Shown here: positions 10,080 through 21,395 of the stretch, in pieces
Numbering within the stretch: position 1 is the first letter of the stretch
How the letters are laid out: every line of letters begins with the position of its first letter
Source: an uncultured delta proteobacterium
GTDB taxonomy: Bacteria > Desulfobacterota > Desulfobacteria > Desulfobacterales > Desulfatirhabdiaceae
Assembly (NCBI GenBank): GCA_963789395.1
Contig: CAWBKP010000015.1
Coordinates: forward strand, 1-64,000
Length of the DNA stretch: 64,000 nucleotides
Reading direction: 5' to 3'
The notes under the pieces: model-generated
What the model saw: only the letters and a program-made list of their open reading frames with translations
Databases searched by the model: none
Told to the model about the DNA's origin: nothing
Made by a program: the position numbers and the translations under genes

Positions 10080-10909
10080 GTAGGGTCGAGAACTGGCGCG
10101 CCGCTTTAGGTCGAGTTTGTATTCCCTGTTGTCTCGCTCTTTCGTTTGCGAGTGTCACCACATCTCGGTCCCTGCCACGTTTCCATCCCCGCCTCGTCAA
10201 ACCCAGCATGTGGATTTCCCACATTAGGCTTACCTGATACCTTCATATCAAGGTTTATGTAACCGATCGGACCGGAGCACTTTCAGAACCTCATCAGGCC
10301 TTACTTCACCTGTTCCATCTGTTCTTAGCCTTCCTCTTCAAATAAATCTCTCCGCTCAGATCTTACAGAATAATGGACGGTTTTATCATTCCGCCCCTGT
10401 CTCACCGTGTTGCCTCAAGACTGTTAACAGCAGGGTTCCTTTGCTCCCCAGGAATTACCCCGGTTCAACGCTAATACGAACCCATCCGCCACCCTCTCAT
10501 CTTTCGGCTCATTTCCCGATGTTAACGGTTATAGAGCCTACCTTGCTCCAAGAAGTTTCCTTCTCAGGACAGAGGAGGGCTTCTCCAGTTGCCAAGATGT
10601 TCCTTGCTACCATGCTGTCGCTACCACCCCGCCGGGAATGAACGAACGTTTCAGTAGTTTTCGGTCGTTCATGCTGCCTTCGCCTCTACGCTAAAGGCTC
10701 GACTTCCGGGACTTCGCACTTTCGGGGTAACCATACGTTCACTTTCGTTACGGCCTGGTAACTCGCTCACCATCCATACGATGGCTTTGTCAATGGGCTT
10801 CAGATATCTTGGTTTCCCTCATATCTGCCATTCACACGGTACAGGGCTTCATACTTTTACACTGACAGGACTGTCTCCTGTTGAACATACCAGCCTTAGC
10901 TGGACACAC
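10080..10909 (-). mobile_element. ORF-less group II intron C3 (tandem copy)
   Basis: 5' GTGTGTCCAGC abuts B exon ...GCTACGTT; 3' CGACCCTAC. Confidence 0.88.
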
Positions 10910-12145
10910 AACGTAGCGTGCGGATTTCCCGCACTACGCTCTTCAGAAAGCGATTCACAGCAAATTTACTGCTATTCGTTCGAGTCCCGTTTCCATGACT
11001 GGCTGATCTTCTCTTTGCATAGAAGGCCGTATCCTCCCTTTGTATGGAGCCCATGTTTCCCACGAACAATTCGATTTCTGCCGGCCGCTTCCCCATGTGA
11101 TCGGCTCTCCCGATCTCAGAGTACTATCAGCCGGTCTGACTTCCGCCGGGCTATCGGATCATCCTCGCATTATCAGCTTGTCAGATCCTACCCCGCCAAA
11201 GCGGGGAACCTGGCGGATCTCCCTTGTTCCCATGAGATCCCTTTGACTGCATGCCGGCGGTAAGAACCCCGGAAGCACCCCAAGACACTTGCCAATACGC
11301 ATCCTGATGGTTCTGCCTTCCCCATAGGGGGATAAGGTCGGCTGCTTCGACCCGGATCGATTTCGAGGCTATATCTCCGTTCACTTTCGTTCCGGCCTGC
11401 ACTCTCCCTGTCTACGCTTCGCAATGGCCGTTACCGGACACCACGCAAGACTCGGTACACAGCTGCTGGCTAAGCTTTACCATGGTCACCATCTCAGGCG
11501 ACTGAATCTCATGCGCTTGCAAGGCGCAACCTCTCACAGATCCGGACGTGAGTCTCTCGACTCATCCGGCTCCTCATGTCCGCCCACATTGCGGGTTTTG
11601 CATTGCTCTCCGGTTCCTCCCATTTCTGGTTGACCAATAAGTAATTTTGGACATGTTACCCCCTTCGCCCCACCTCCATTACAGAGACTTCATCACTACT
11701 ACGGGGTAATCCGCCCCTGTGCCTCGCATCGGTACTCTCATTCTTGTGGGGCCTCCACTTGAATTTCTCCCTTGCCATCGAGACGACAGGTTCCCACGTT
11801 CCGCTCAAGAGCCTGTATCAGGATCATGCCACTTCTATGCCGGGTGCCGCGCAGACAGTAGACAGGTATCCTCTGCACTTATCCCGAGACCAAGTATGAA
11901 CCTCGGTTTTGACACCACCTATATATTTTCGACACCTCATCAGTGGTTCGCTTGCGCTCATCTTCCCGATACATACCTGCCACGATCCTATGCCGTGACT
12001 TTTCCTTAACGCTCACCACCCTGGCTCTTTACCAGCGCAGCTTAAGGTGGTTTGGAGCCTGCTCCTGCAAGCCGGCTCCGAGGGGCCTCCCCTCATCTCT
12101 TGCGCAGTTACGCGCACATTATAAAACAATGCGCTCGTGGCGCAC

Positions 12146-12793
12146 GTCGAGTAGCCCAGGGGAATCTCACCCCCAGGCCCTCCACAGATCCGGACTTGAG
12201 TCTCTCGACTCATCCGGCTCCTCATGTCCGCCCACATTGTGGGTTTTGCATTGCTCTCCGGTTCCTCCCATTTCTGGTTGACCAATAAGCAATTTTGGAC
12301 ATGTTACCCCCTTCGCTCCACCTCCATTACAGAGACTTCGTCACTACTACGGGGTAATCCGCCCCCGTGCCTCGCATCGGTACTCTCATTCTTGTGGGGC
12401 CTCCACTTGAATTTCTCCCTTGACATCGAGACGACAGGTTCCCACGTTCCGCTCAAGAGCCTATATCAGGATCATGCCACCTTTATGCCGGGTGCCGTGC
12501 AGACAGTAGACAGGTATCCTCTGCACTTATCCCGAGACCAAGTAAGAACCTCGGTTTTGACACCACCTATATATTTTCGACACCTCATCAGTGGTTCGCT
12601 TCCGCTCATCTTCCTGATACACACCTGCCACGATCCTATGCCGTGACTTTTCCTTAACGCGCACCACCCTGGCTCTTTACCAGCGCAGCTTAAGGCGGTT
12701 TGAAGCCTGCTCCTGCAAGCCGGCTCCGAGGGACCTCCCCTCATCTCTTGCGCAGTTACGCGCACATTATAAAACAATGCGCTCGTGGCGCAC
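12146..12793 (-). mobile_element. ORF-less group II intron A2 (uninterrupted, tandem with A1)
   Basis: 648 nt, GTGCG...TACTCGAC; DIV reduced to GGTCAACCAGAAATGGGAGGAACC plus a few codons. Confidence 0.92.
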
Positions 12794-12891
12794 CTACTTG
12801 CATATAATCATAAATCCGGCCATCTTCAAGGATACGGATGGTATTCTAAATAAAACCAGACTGTTAATATTTCTGCTTAGGATAACATAAT
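12794..12891 (+). repeat. Boundary site copy 1 / possible miniature derivative of the recombinase element
   Basis: CTTGCATA at 12797; ATATTTCTGCT (12867-12877) identical to 3080-3090; GGATAACATAAT (12880-12891) identical to 4132-4143. Confidence 0.55.
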
Positions 12892-12899
12892 TGAAAGTC

Positions 12900-12988
12900 G
12901 AGACCTTTGATTCATCCGGAACTTTTCTCAATATCGAAACCAGATCCCCTGGAGCCATGGGCATCATGAGAAACCCTTTAACGCCCAT
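12900..12988 (-). pseudogene. 3' remnant of a receiver-domain (hybrid kinase) gene
   Basis: MGVKGFLMMPMAPGDLVSILRKVPDESK resembles a REC C-terminus. Confidence 0.5.
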
Positions 12989-13042
12989 GGTTCTGGAGTG
13001 CTTCTCAACTTTTTTGCCTCTGAAACCTGTACAAATAGTGCT

Positions 13043-13099
13043 CGGAATCCCCGATCTGTTTTGAAACGGAACAGGTGGCCGATTTCAGCGGAATATCCA
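13043..13099 (-). mobile_element. Possible isolated IS21-family terminal remnant
   Basis: TGGATATTCCGCTGAAATCGGCCACCTGTTCCG...GATTCCG, with reiterated TTCCG units as in IS21-type ends; no transposase nearby. Confidence 0.35.
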
Positions 13100-13394
13100 T
13101 AGAGAAGCCAAATTCTACCTTGATTTCCAGTTACCGGACGAGGGTGACGGGTTTGCAGCAATAACAGGACACCGTGTGATGCGCAGAAACAATCAAACCG
13201 TTTAGAATGTCGATTTTCAGTTCAATTTCCAGATGCGGAATTGAATCCCCGTATGCAACCCTCTTTATAACCGTTCTCTTTCTCCAGCAGCTAACCGAAA
13301 ACCCTCAATATCAATTATTTACCAAAGATCAGGCCATTCCAGTGGACCGGAAGCGATGTCAAGCCCGATTTCCACATCTGGTGACGTGGCGGAG

Positions 13395-14051
13395 TTACTT
13401 CAACGCCTTGATTCGTCGAATATCCTCAGTTTTGCCCAGCATGATGAGGATGTCGCTATCCTTTATCACAAAGCTCGCTGGCGGGATCAATCGGAAATTT
13501 TCTGGAACCAGCTCGTTGATGGCGATGATGTGTACATTGTATTTGGCTCGCAAGTTCAGGTCCTTCAGGCTTTTTCCAATGAACTCGCGCGGCGGCCCTA
13601 CCTGGATGAGATCGAACTCATCCGCCAAAGGAATGAAGTCCAGCACGTTAGGACGTGATAGCCCCCGTGACACGCTCAAGGCCATGTCCCGTTCCGGGTG
13701 GATGATCTCAGTGGCTCCGACCCTTTTAAGGATTTTAGCATGGTCGTCATCCAGGGCCTTGGCCAGGATTTTTTTGACCCCGATCTCCTGCAGGTAGAGG
13801 CATATCAGGATGCTGAAGCTGATTTTGGTGCCGGTGGAAACAATTACGCCATCCATGTTTTCCAGCCCGAGAGACTTCATCGCCTCCTTATCCGTGGCAT
13901 CGAGTACCACCGCTTCCGTGGCGTGTTGATCGATGGCATGAACCCGGGCTTTATCCGTATCGATGGCGATCACCTCGTTGCCGTCTTCAAATAAAGCTTT
14001 GGCTGCGTGAAAGCTAAACTTTCCAAGACCGATCACTGCAAAATGTTTCAT
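13395..14051 (-). CDS. ktrA: Ktr/Trk K+ uptake regulatory subunit (RCK-N + RCK-C)
   Basis: FAVIGLGKF Rossmann motif; IIHPERDMA; GKSLKDLNLRAKYNVHIIAI. Confidence 0.9.
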   Translation of the reverse strand: MKHFAVIGLGKFSFHAAKALFEDGNEVIAIDTDKARVHAIDQHATEAVVLDATDKEAMKSLGLENMDGVIVSTGTKISFSILICLYLQEIGVKKILAKALDDDHAKILKRVGATEIIHPERDMALSVSRGLSRPNVLDFIPLADEFDLIQVGPPREFIGKSLKDLNLRAKYNVHIIAINELVPENFRLIPPASFVIKDSDILIMLGKTEDIRRIKALK

Positions 14052-14068
14052 GTTCGCCCCCCGCCCGG

Positions 14069-15441
14069 CTATCCGACCATCAGATTCTCTTCGGAGTACT
14101 CGACTCCTTTCGTCGTGCCGGCCCCGACGATGATGTAGGCGAATGTGAGTACGCCCACCCTGCCGATGATCATCATCAAAACAATCAACCCCTTTCCCCA
14201 GGTGTTAAGCTCCGGGGTCACGCCCATGGACAAACCCACTGTCCCGAAGGCAGAAACCGTTTCGAACAAATAAGCCAGGAAAGTTCTTTGTTGACCAACT
14301 AGCTGGTGGCCGCTCGCCGAGTCACCCATAAGGATCAAGAACAAGACCACGCTGATAATTCCCATGGAAACGAGAATAAGCGACACGCTCCGGGTCACTG
14401 TTTCAGGCGGGATGCTTTTCTTGAACATGTTGACCCGTCGTTTCCTCCGCACTCGACTTATGGTGAATGCCATTATAAGCGCCAAGGTCGTAGTCTTGAC
14501 GCCACCGCCACAAGAGCCCGGCGAGGCCCCGAAAAACATGAGGAAAATCATCATGGCGAGAGTGGCATCCTTCAACGAGGCGATATCCACAGTGTTATAC
14601 CCAGCCGTTCGACACGTTATGGACTGGAAGATAGGAGCCAAAATGCGATGAGAAAGCGTTTGAACATCTCCAAGAGCTTGTCGTTCCAAAAAAGCAAACA
14701 TCAAGGCGCCGGAGATGATCAAAGCCAGTGTCGTAATCAAGACCGTCTTTGTTTGAATTGATAAACGAACCCTCCGCACTTTTCGTTGTCAGGAACCAGG
14801 ATTGAACGTCATAAAGCACCGGAAACCCGATGCCCCCCACAACGATCAAGAGGCAGATGGTCGTGTTCAGCAAGACATTGTCGCTGTACCGCACCATGCT
14901 GTCGGAGAACAGCGCGAATCCGGCGTTACAGAATGCTGAAATCGAATGAAAGACCGCCATATAGACTGCATGGCCAAAAGGGAGTTCCCTGCTCCAATGG
15001 ATTGTCAAGAAAACAGCCCCGATGATTTCAGCGCCGGCCGTGAACAGGACGATGCTTTTGATGAGGTCAAAGATATCCCCGCGCGGCGTATGGGCGAACG
15101 AGTCCTGCATGACCTTTCGATGTCGAAATGACACGCTTCGACCGATCCATCGAAAGAGAACCACCGAAATGGTCATGACTCCCAAACCACCGATCTGGAT
15201 AAGGGCCAGGATCACGCTTTGGCCAAAAACTGTGAAATGGCCGCTCGTATCCACGACCACCAAACCCGTGACACAAACCGCCGACGTGGCGGTGAACAGC
15301 GCATCCACCCAAGGGATATGGCCGGCTTTACTGGAATACGGGAGCTTGAGCAGAAGTGTCCCGATACTGATGGCCAAAAGAAAACTGGCCAGCACAAGGG
15401 ATCCCCGGATGGGCCTTGAGCATACGAGTCCGAAGCGTCAT
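14069..15441 (-). CDS. ktrB: Ktr/Trk K+ uptake membrane subunit (frameshifted)
   Basis: ALFTATSAVCVTGL, SAFCNAGF, TCRTAGYN, GASPGSCGGGVK, SAFGTVGLS pore motifs. Confidence 0.88.
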
Positions 15442-16043
15442 GACGTGCGCCTCGGATGTTGATAGTAATCACAGTGGAGATGGTCTTCAGTCTTACACAA
15501 CTCGTGAAGGCGACGACCGCCAAGGACCATCCGGTCCAGGTACGCCCCGCATACCGTCATTTCGTGTTGTGAATCGATCTTGCTGTAATGCAGGAAAGGG
15601 CATAGCGTCTCCAGGTGCCGGTTCGGTCGATCACCTGGCCCCAGGTTTTCGATGATCTCCCGCACTAAACTTGAGTCCAGCTTGGCATCACCGATACACC
15701 GGACGTAATCGACTTTCGCTCGCTCCAGATCTTCAATCAATTTGCGGTGCTTCGAATGAATTAGAGCCAGTACAGGACACTGTTTGGTATGGCTGTTTCG
15801 CTTCAGCGCGGTACTCAGTTCCACGAGGGCTTCACCTTCCCGGATAGGCATTTGCCCAAAAGAAACCACAATGATCTTAGGTTTCCAGTCAACGGCCTTG
15901 TCCAGGCACTGGATCGGGCTGGCAACCCATTCTTCCTCTGGCGGCGACGGATCAGCAATGCCGCCGGCAACGTCGCACAGCAAGAACCGAGGGCTTCGTC
16001 CGGTATCCACGCCAATTGATTTGATCTCTTCGCTTTTCATCAC
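15438..16043 (-). CDS. Hypothetical protein, degenerate receiver-like N-terminus with Cys-rich C-terminus
   Basis: Intact 201-aa ORF overlapping both neighbours (ATGA); CPFLHY..CGAY..ELC..HLHCDYY. Confidence 0.65.
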   Translation of the reverse strand: MMKSEEIKSIGVDTGRSPRFLLCDVAGGIADPSPPEEEWVASPIQCLDKAVDWKPKIIVVSFGQMPIREGEALVELSTALKRNSHTKQCPVLALIHSKHRKLIEDLERAKVDYVRCIGDAKLDSSLVREIIENLGPGDRPNRHLETLCPFLHYSKIDSQHEMTVCGAYLDRMVLGGRRLHELCKTEDHLHCDYYQHPRRTS

Positions 16044-17548
16044 ATCATCTTTCCCGTGGCGTCCACGCCATGCATCCGCCGACCGTCCCCGCCGACCTTA
16101 AGTAGACTGACGATCACCACGATGAACTCCAGACGCCCGAGGAACATGGCGATTGTTTCGGACCATAAGGCGGCATCCGGCATCTGGGCGGTGGTGACGC
16201 CAACTGAAAGCCCAACTGTTCCGATAGCGGAAGCGAATTCAAACAGCGAGTCGCTTAGGCTGTAGCCGCAGGCGCACAAAAGCATGACGCCGAAGGCATA
16301 AGTCGTCAGATACAAAAAGACAAAGACCCCCACCTGGCGCAATCTTGCGTCATCCACGAAGACACGCCGATTGCCCTCCCATACGGGCCGTTCCAAAATG
16401 GCGGCCTGCGGCATAAAATAGCCCCTGATATCCCAGCAACAACTGCTTCCACAAACAGATAGACCCGGAACTGCTTGATCCCGCCGGCCGTGGAGCAGGT
16501 CCCCCGCCGATCAGCATCAAAACGACCAGAGCAAATATCCCGAAGTCATTCCAGTTCCCGTAGCCGACGGTCGGAAAAGCCCGTGGTGGTGATTGCGGAT
16601 ACGGTTTCGAAAATCGCGACCCGGATTGCTTTTCAAGTTGCGGGTAGATCGTCCGGCAAGTGAGAAGGAACACAGCGGCCGCGGACAAGGGGATCAGCAC
16701 GGCCATCAGACGGACTTCGCCGTTGCGTACAACGAAGCCGGAGCTTGCCGCGGCAAAGCAGACCAGGCCGTAACAAAACTCAGGTTGCCGAGAAGCATCA
16801 GCGGAAGGGACACTGCTTCGATGGCCGCGGAATCCCAGTAGCCGATACTCTCCGGACGAGTGGAAAATCCCCCTGTGGAAATCGCTGCAAAGGAATGGTT
16901 GACGGCGTCGAAAAGCGACATGCCCGCTATCCAGTAGGCCAATGTGCCGAGCAACGGCATAGCCGGTATAGATGATGAGAACCAGCCGCGCCGACTGCCG
17001 CACCTGCGGGACAAGTTGATCGCTTCTGCCCTCGGCGATCGATATGCCGACTCCCGTGGGGCCGACGATGGCCGACATCATGATAATGGCCAGCCCCGCG
17101 CCTCCTGCCAGCTGCGTGACGCTGCGCCAAAGCAGGATCATGGGACCGGCCTTGGTCACATCCACCACGGAAAGCCCGGTGGTGGTCCATCCGCTCACCG
17201 ATTCAAAGACAGCCCTCGAGAAAGGTAAGCCCGCAAGACCCATGAAAGGCCAGTGCTGAAAAAACAATGGCCACGATCCAACTGATGAGAACGATCATGC
17301 CGCCCTCCTGGATCGAGAGGGTGATGTTGGCGGTAAGCGAAAGCAGTCTTCCGCAACACAAACCCCAGCAAGGGCCGAGGCAGCCTGCCGGAAGGACAAA
17401 CGCCAAGGCATTAGCCGCTTCCTCCGGATAGGCGGGAGAGAACCAGAAGCGGCGTCAGCATCACACCCGGCCGAAAAGAAGGAGGATCATTCCGACGGAT
17501 GAGAGGATCGCGCAATAGCGTTGTCTTGAGATATTCCTTTTCCCGCAA
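16040..17548 (-). CDS. trkH: TrkH-family K+ uptake membrane protein (multiple frameshifts)
   Basis: FESVSGWTTTGLS, AAISTGGFS, FEFASAIGTVGLSVG, MFLGRLE motifs in successive frames. Confidence 0.85.
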
Positions 17549-17558
17549 GGCCTGGCTC

Positions 17559-18221
17559 CTATTTCCCCTCAGCCGTGAACGCTTTCAGCACGGGACCATG
17601 GTTTTCCGGCAGGGTGATCAGCACCACCCGATCTCCGGCCAGCAGCCGAGTGGCGCCGCGGGGAACGATCGGCTGATTGTCCCGGATCACGACCGCCACC
17701 AAGGCGTTTTCAGGGAGATCGATATCCTTCAGCAGCTTTCCCGCCACAGGGAAACCGGCGTCCAGAGCGATTTCCGTGACATTCACCCTTCCTTCGCCGA
17801 CCGGCAAAAGATTGGTGATCTGTTCCAGGGAGGCCCGCTGTTCGATCAGGCTGCCGACGATGTGGGTTGTGGAAAAGGCGGAAACCCCCAGCTTTTGAAA
17901 GATCTCGGCATTATCCGGATCATTGGCCAGGGCCACGGCCCTTGGCACGCCGAACTGGAGCGAGGCCAGCTGACAGATGACCAGATTGTCCTGATCGTTG
18001 GGGGTGATGGCGAGCACCACATCCGCGCCCATGGCGCCGGCCTCCTTGAGAATTGCAGGATCGCTGCCGTCGCCGCAAACCACCGTGGCGGAAAGCTGGC
18101 GGGCCAGTTGAACACATTCTCCCTGGTCCCGGTTGATGATGACGACCTCGTATCCCTTGGCAGTGAAGTTCCGGCAAAGAAAATAGAGCGTCTTGCCTCC
18201 GCCGACGATGAGGACTTTCAT
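17559..18221 (-). CDS. trkA: TrkA-family K+ uptake protein (RCK-N + RCK-C)
   Basis: MKVLIVGGGK; GDGSDPAILKEAG; IVPRGATRLLAGDRV. Confidence 0.88.
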   Translation of the reverse strand: MKVLIVGGGKTLYFLCRNFTAKGYEVVIINRDQGECVQLARQLSATVVCGDGSDPAILKEAGAMGADVVLAITPNDQDNLVICQLASLQFGVPRAVALANDPDNAEIFQKLGVSAFSTTHIVGSLIEQRASLEQITNLLPVGEGRVNVTEIALDAGFPVAGKLLKDIDLPENALVAVVIRDNQPIVPRGATRLLAGDRVVLITLPENHGPVLKAFTAEGK

Positions 18222-18660
18222 GGCTGTTGCATCCCCCTGCGCAGCGCGGCCGCTTGCAACGGCCAGAAGGAACATCTCCGCGGCCACGGATGTCGGGACA
18301 GATGGTTTCGATGCCGAGCCGGTCAAAGACCTGCTGGCGCCTCGGATCAAAGACCCTGGCCAGAACATGCGGGACATTGAAGATCTTCCGGGCGATCTGG
18401 GCTACCATCAGGTTGACGTTATCCTCGTGGGTCGTGGCGAAGAAGACGTCGGCCCTTTTCAGCTTGGCCTCTTTCAGCACGGCCATTTGCGTGGCATCGC
18501 CCTCAACCCGAAAGCCGCTGAAATCAGGTGACAGGTCGTTAAAGGTCGACTCATCCCTGTCGATCACCACGACCGAATGGCCTACATGGCTGAGCTGGTT
18601 GGCCAGGTGCGAGCCAAGACGGCCGCAGCCGACGATCACGATGTAAAGGCTATGCTTCAT
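18218..18660 (-). CDS. trkA: TrkA-N (RCK-N only) protein
   Basis: IVIVGCGRLG; GDAT; THEDNVNLMVAQIAR; 3' end blurred by indels. Confidence 0.8.
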
Positions 18661-19379
18661 TCGGGTCCTCCTCTCGCCAGTCATCTTCCTGAGTCCGGTT
18701 TCGTCCTTGTCCGGGCCCAGATCGATCTTGCCGAATTTGTGCCAGGACGTGGTCCGCTCCAGGTTTGCCGAGGCCGGTTTGAAGGTGGGATCGATGTCGA
18801 GCGCTGCGCGATAGAATTTTTGCGCTGCCAACCCGTCCCCCTTGATTTCAAGCAGCGCTCCAAGCAGGTTATAGGCCTCGGGCTGAGCCGGGTCGGCGGC
18901 AATGGCTTTTCGGACAGTTTCACGGCGGCGGCGAAATTTCTGTCCGTGATGTGGCGTTTGGTCAGCTCGATCAGCGCCCGGTAAGTCGACTGCGTTCTCT
19001 TCATCCAGTGCTTCCCGTTCCAGCACCAGTATGGCCAGGTCCCGGATTTCGCCCGGGCTGAAGGGCTTCTGAATGAAGTCCACGGCGCCGAGCTTCATGG
19101 CTTCCACGGCGGAGTCGATGGTTCCATGGGCGGTGATGATGATGACCCGGATCTTGGGCCAGTCGTCCTTGATCCGGCGAAGCACATCCATGCCGTCCAT
19201 TCCCGGCATTTTCAGGTCCAGGAACACCAGACCGAACTGCTCCCTCTCGAAGCTTCTGCAGCGCTTCTTCGCCGTTGACTGCTGTCTGGACCGGTATTCC
19301 CAGCGGTTCCAGAGATTGGGACAGGGTCAGACGGATGTTTTTTTCATCGTCCACGAACGAGAATCGGTTTCTTTTCCAT
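18657..19379 (-). CDS. Response regulator (REC + TPR-like C-terminus), frameshifted
   Basis: VDDEKNIR, LDLKMPGMDG, ITAHG, QKPF; C-terminal AYNLLGALLE..YRAALDIDP TPR-like repeat. Confidence 0.85.
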
Positions 19380-19388
19380 GGGTTCCTC

Positions 19389-21242
19389 CTATTGGGCCAC
19401 CGGCAGGGTGAAGGTAAAGGTGCTGCCCTGACCGGCGAATGATTCCACCCAGATCGCGCCTCCATGAGCGCGCACGATCTCCTTGCAGATGGCAAGCCCC
19501 AGACCCGTGCCGCCCGCTTCTCGCCCCTTCACCTGAACGAACTTCTGAAAGATCTTCGATTGATATTCCGGGGGAATCCCCGGCCCGTCGTCGCGCACGG
19601 ACAGATGGACATGCGGGCCGATCTTTTTGGCCGTAGTTTGGATATGACCGTCCTTGTTCACGTATCGCAAGGGCGTTGGAAATCAGGTTGGTCAGCACCC
19701 AGGTGATCTTGTTGGCGTCCGCGCGAACCCATGGCAAATCTCCTGGCAAGGTCCGATGTGAGACTTGATCTGCTTCATCTCCAGCCTGGCTTTTGAAAAC
19801 CGTCCTGCACATGATCGAAAAGGGTCTGAACCGGAACGTTTTCAAACTCCAGCTCGATTCTGCCTGCCTCGATCTTGGACAGGTCGAGCAGATCGTTGAC
19901 CAGGGCCTTCATCCGGTGGACTTCCTCGTGAGCCGCCTGAAGCAGCTCCCGATCTTTTTCGGCAAGCCCCTGGCCGGCGTGTTCCAGGAGCAGATCAATG
20001 CTCATGCCCATGCTGGTGAGAGGCGTGCGCAGCTCGTGAGAGGCCGCCATGACGAATTCACTTTTCAGCCGTTCCACTTCCTTTAGGCGAGTGACGTCCC
20101 TGAGCAGAAGCACGATGCCGGACAGGTTGCGGTCCCTGCCGCGAATCGGCTGTGACGGAAAACAGATAGTGCCGCGGGCTGTTCTCCATCTGGAGAGGTA
20201 ATGATCCGCTGTTCATCGGGAATCGCGGGTTGTACGCCGGTTTCGACGGTCTTGCGGATCAGTTCGCAAACATTGTGATCCGGGGAATATGTCCGCTAAC
20301 TGCCAGGAGGAGATTTCGGTCGAATCTCCAGATCCAGCATCCGGCGAGCAGCCGGGTTGATGCCTGTCACCTTGAGCGTGGTATCGAAAACCACCAGCCC
20401 GTCCTCGATGCTGGAAAGGATCGCCTCCCCCTTGTTCTTCTCCGAGATGATCTGCTCGATGTTCATCTCATGGTAATGCCCGAGCTGGCTGGCCATCTGG
20501 TTGAACTCGCCGGCCAGACTGCCCAGCTCGTCACTGGTTTCGACCGGTACCTGAACAGCATAGTCGCCCGATGCAATCTTCCGGGACGCCTCCATGAAGC
20601 TCCGGATCGGTCTGACGATCCGCTCTGCGAGAAACAGGCTGAAGACAAGCGCGACAATCAATGCCGACGCCGCCACGAATCGCCGTGGACCAGATGGCGC
20701 GCTTGGCCACGATACCGGCCTTCACACTGGCGGCATACATGGTCTCCTCATTGAGATTGCGCAGGCGTGATGCACGCACTCGCGCACTTTGGCGAAAAGG
20801 GGGTAAATCGTTTCCTGGTAAATGATGGGAAGCTGCGGAGGCGGTTTGGCCGTATCGCGCAAATCGGTCAGTGCGGAAAACTCGACTGTCGGTAGTTCGC
20901 ATAATCGGCTTCGATGGATTGTACAAGTTCCGCCTCGCCCGGAATCGTGATGTTGTCCTTTGCGCGGGCCAGCCACTCAAGAAACATGGCCTCGTTTTCC
21001 CGGAACTGGGCGGATTCCCTTTCTCTGCGTCGCCAAGGAACATGCACAAGATTCCGCTGTCTTGCCGCTCCAAGTGCGTCCACCATGTTCTCGGCGGCAA
21101 GGATGCTCCGGTAGTTTTCTCTCAGGATGGCGTCGGTCGCCTTGCCCAGGGATACCAGATTGATAATGGCCCACGCAACCACAAGGCCCATGAGGGCAAA
21201 GGCAACGCCATATCCAATCAGTATTTTCTTTTTCAGGGTCAT
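19389..21242 (-). CDS. Sensor histidine kinase (4HB sensor, HAMP, PAS, HisKA, HATPase), frameshifted
   Basis: [30 protein letters not shown] motifs across frames. Confidence 0.88.
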
Positions 21243-21395
21243 GGGAAACTATCTTTCATTCACACACACCGGGCATCACGTATGCTGGAATAACCGCTGC
21301 AACAATCTGCAGCACATTAATGTTCAAAAGCTTTCTCTAAGCGTGAGAACCTGTTCAGCAGGTGCAATATTTTACAGTTGCGTTTTTCTGTTACC

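Larger units (their letters stand above)
8396..11529 (-). mobile_element. ORF-less group II intron B inserted at the DV/DVI junction of A1
   Basis: 5' TTGCGCC at 11529; DV GAGCGTAGTGCGGGAAATCCGCACGCTACGTT; DVI ends GGCGACCCGGC at 8396; removal restores an A1 sequence colinear with A2/A3. Confidence 0.85.
8363..12145 (-). mobile_element. ORF-less group II intron A1 (class D-like), interrupted by intron B
   Basis: 5' GTGCG at 12145; DV GAGCCGGATGAGTCGAGAGACTCACGTCCGGATCT; 3' end TACTCGAC at 8363; own length 33+616 nt. Confidence 0.9.

Noticed and set aside
8384..12777. Numerous short ORFs in the repeat region
   Set aside because: They are readings through structured intron RNA; no RT (YADD) or other protein motif
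8438..12793. Repeats as a CRISPR array
   Set aside because: Units are 650-830 nt with group II intron termini; no short repeat-spacer periodicity and no cas genes
17920..19227. 435-aa response regulator-TrkA fusion ORF
   Set aside because: Internal RBS/ATG at 18660 with an ATGA overlap and nearby indels indicate separate genes joined by sequence error
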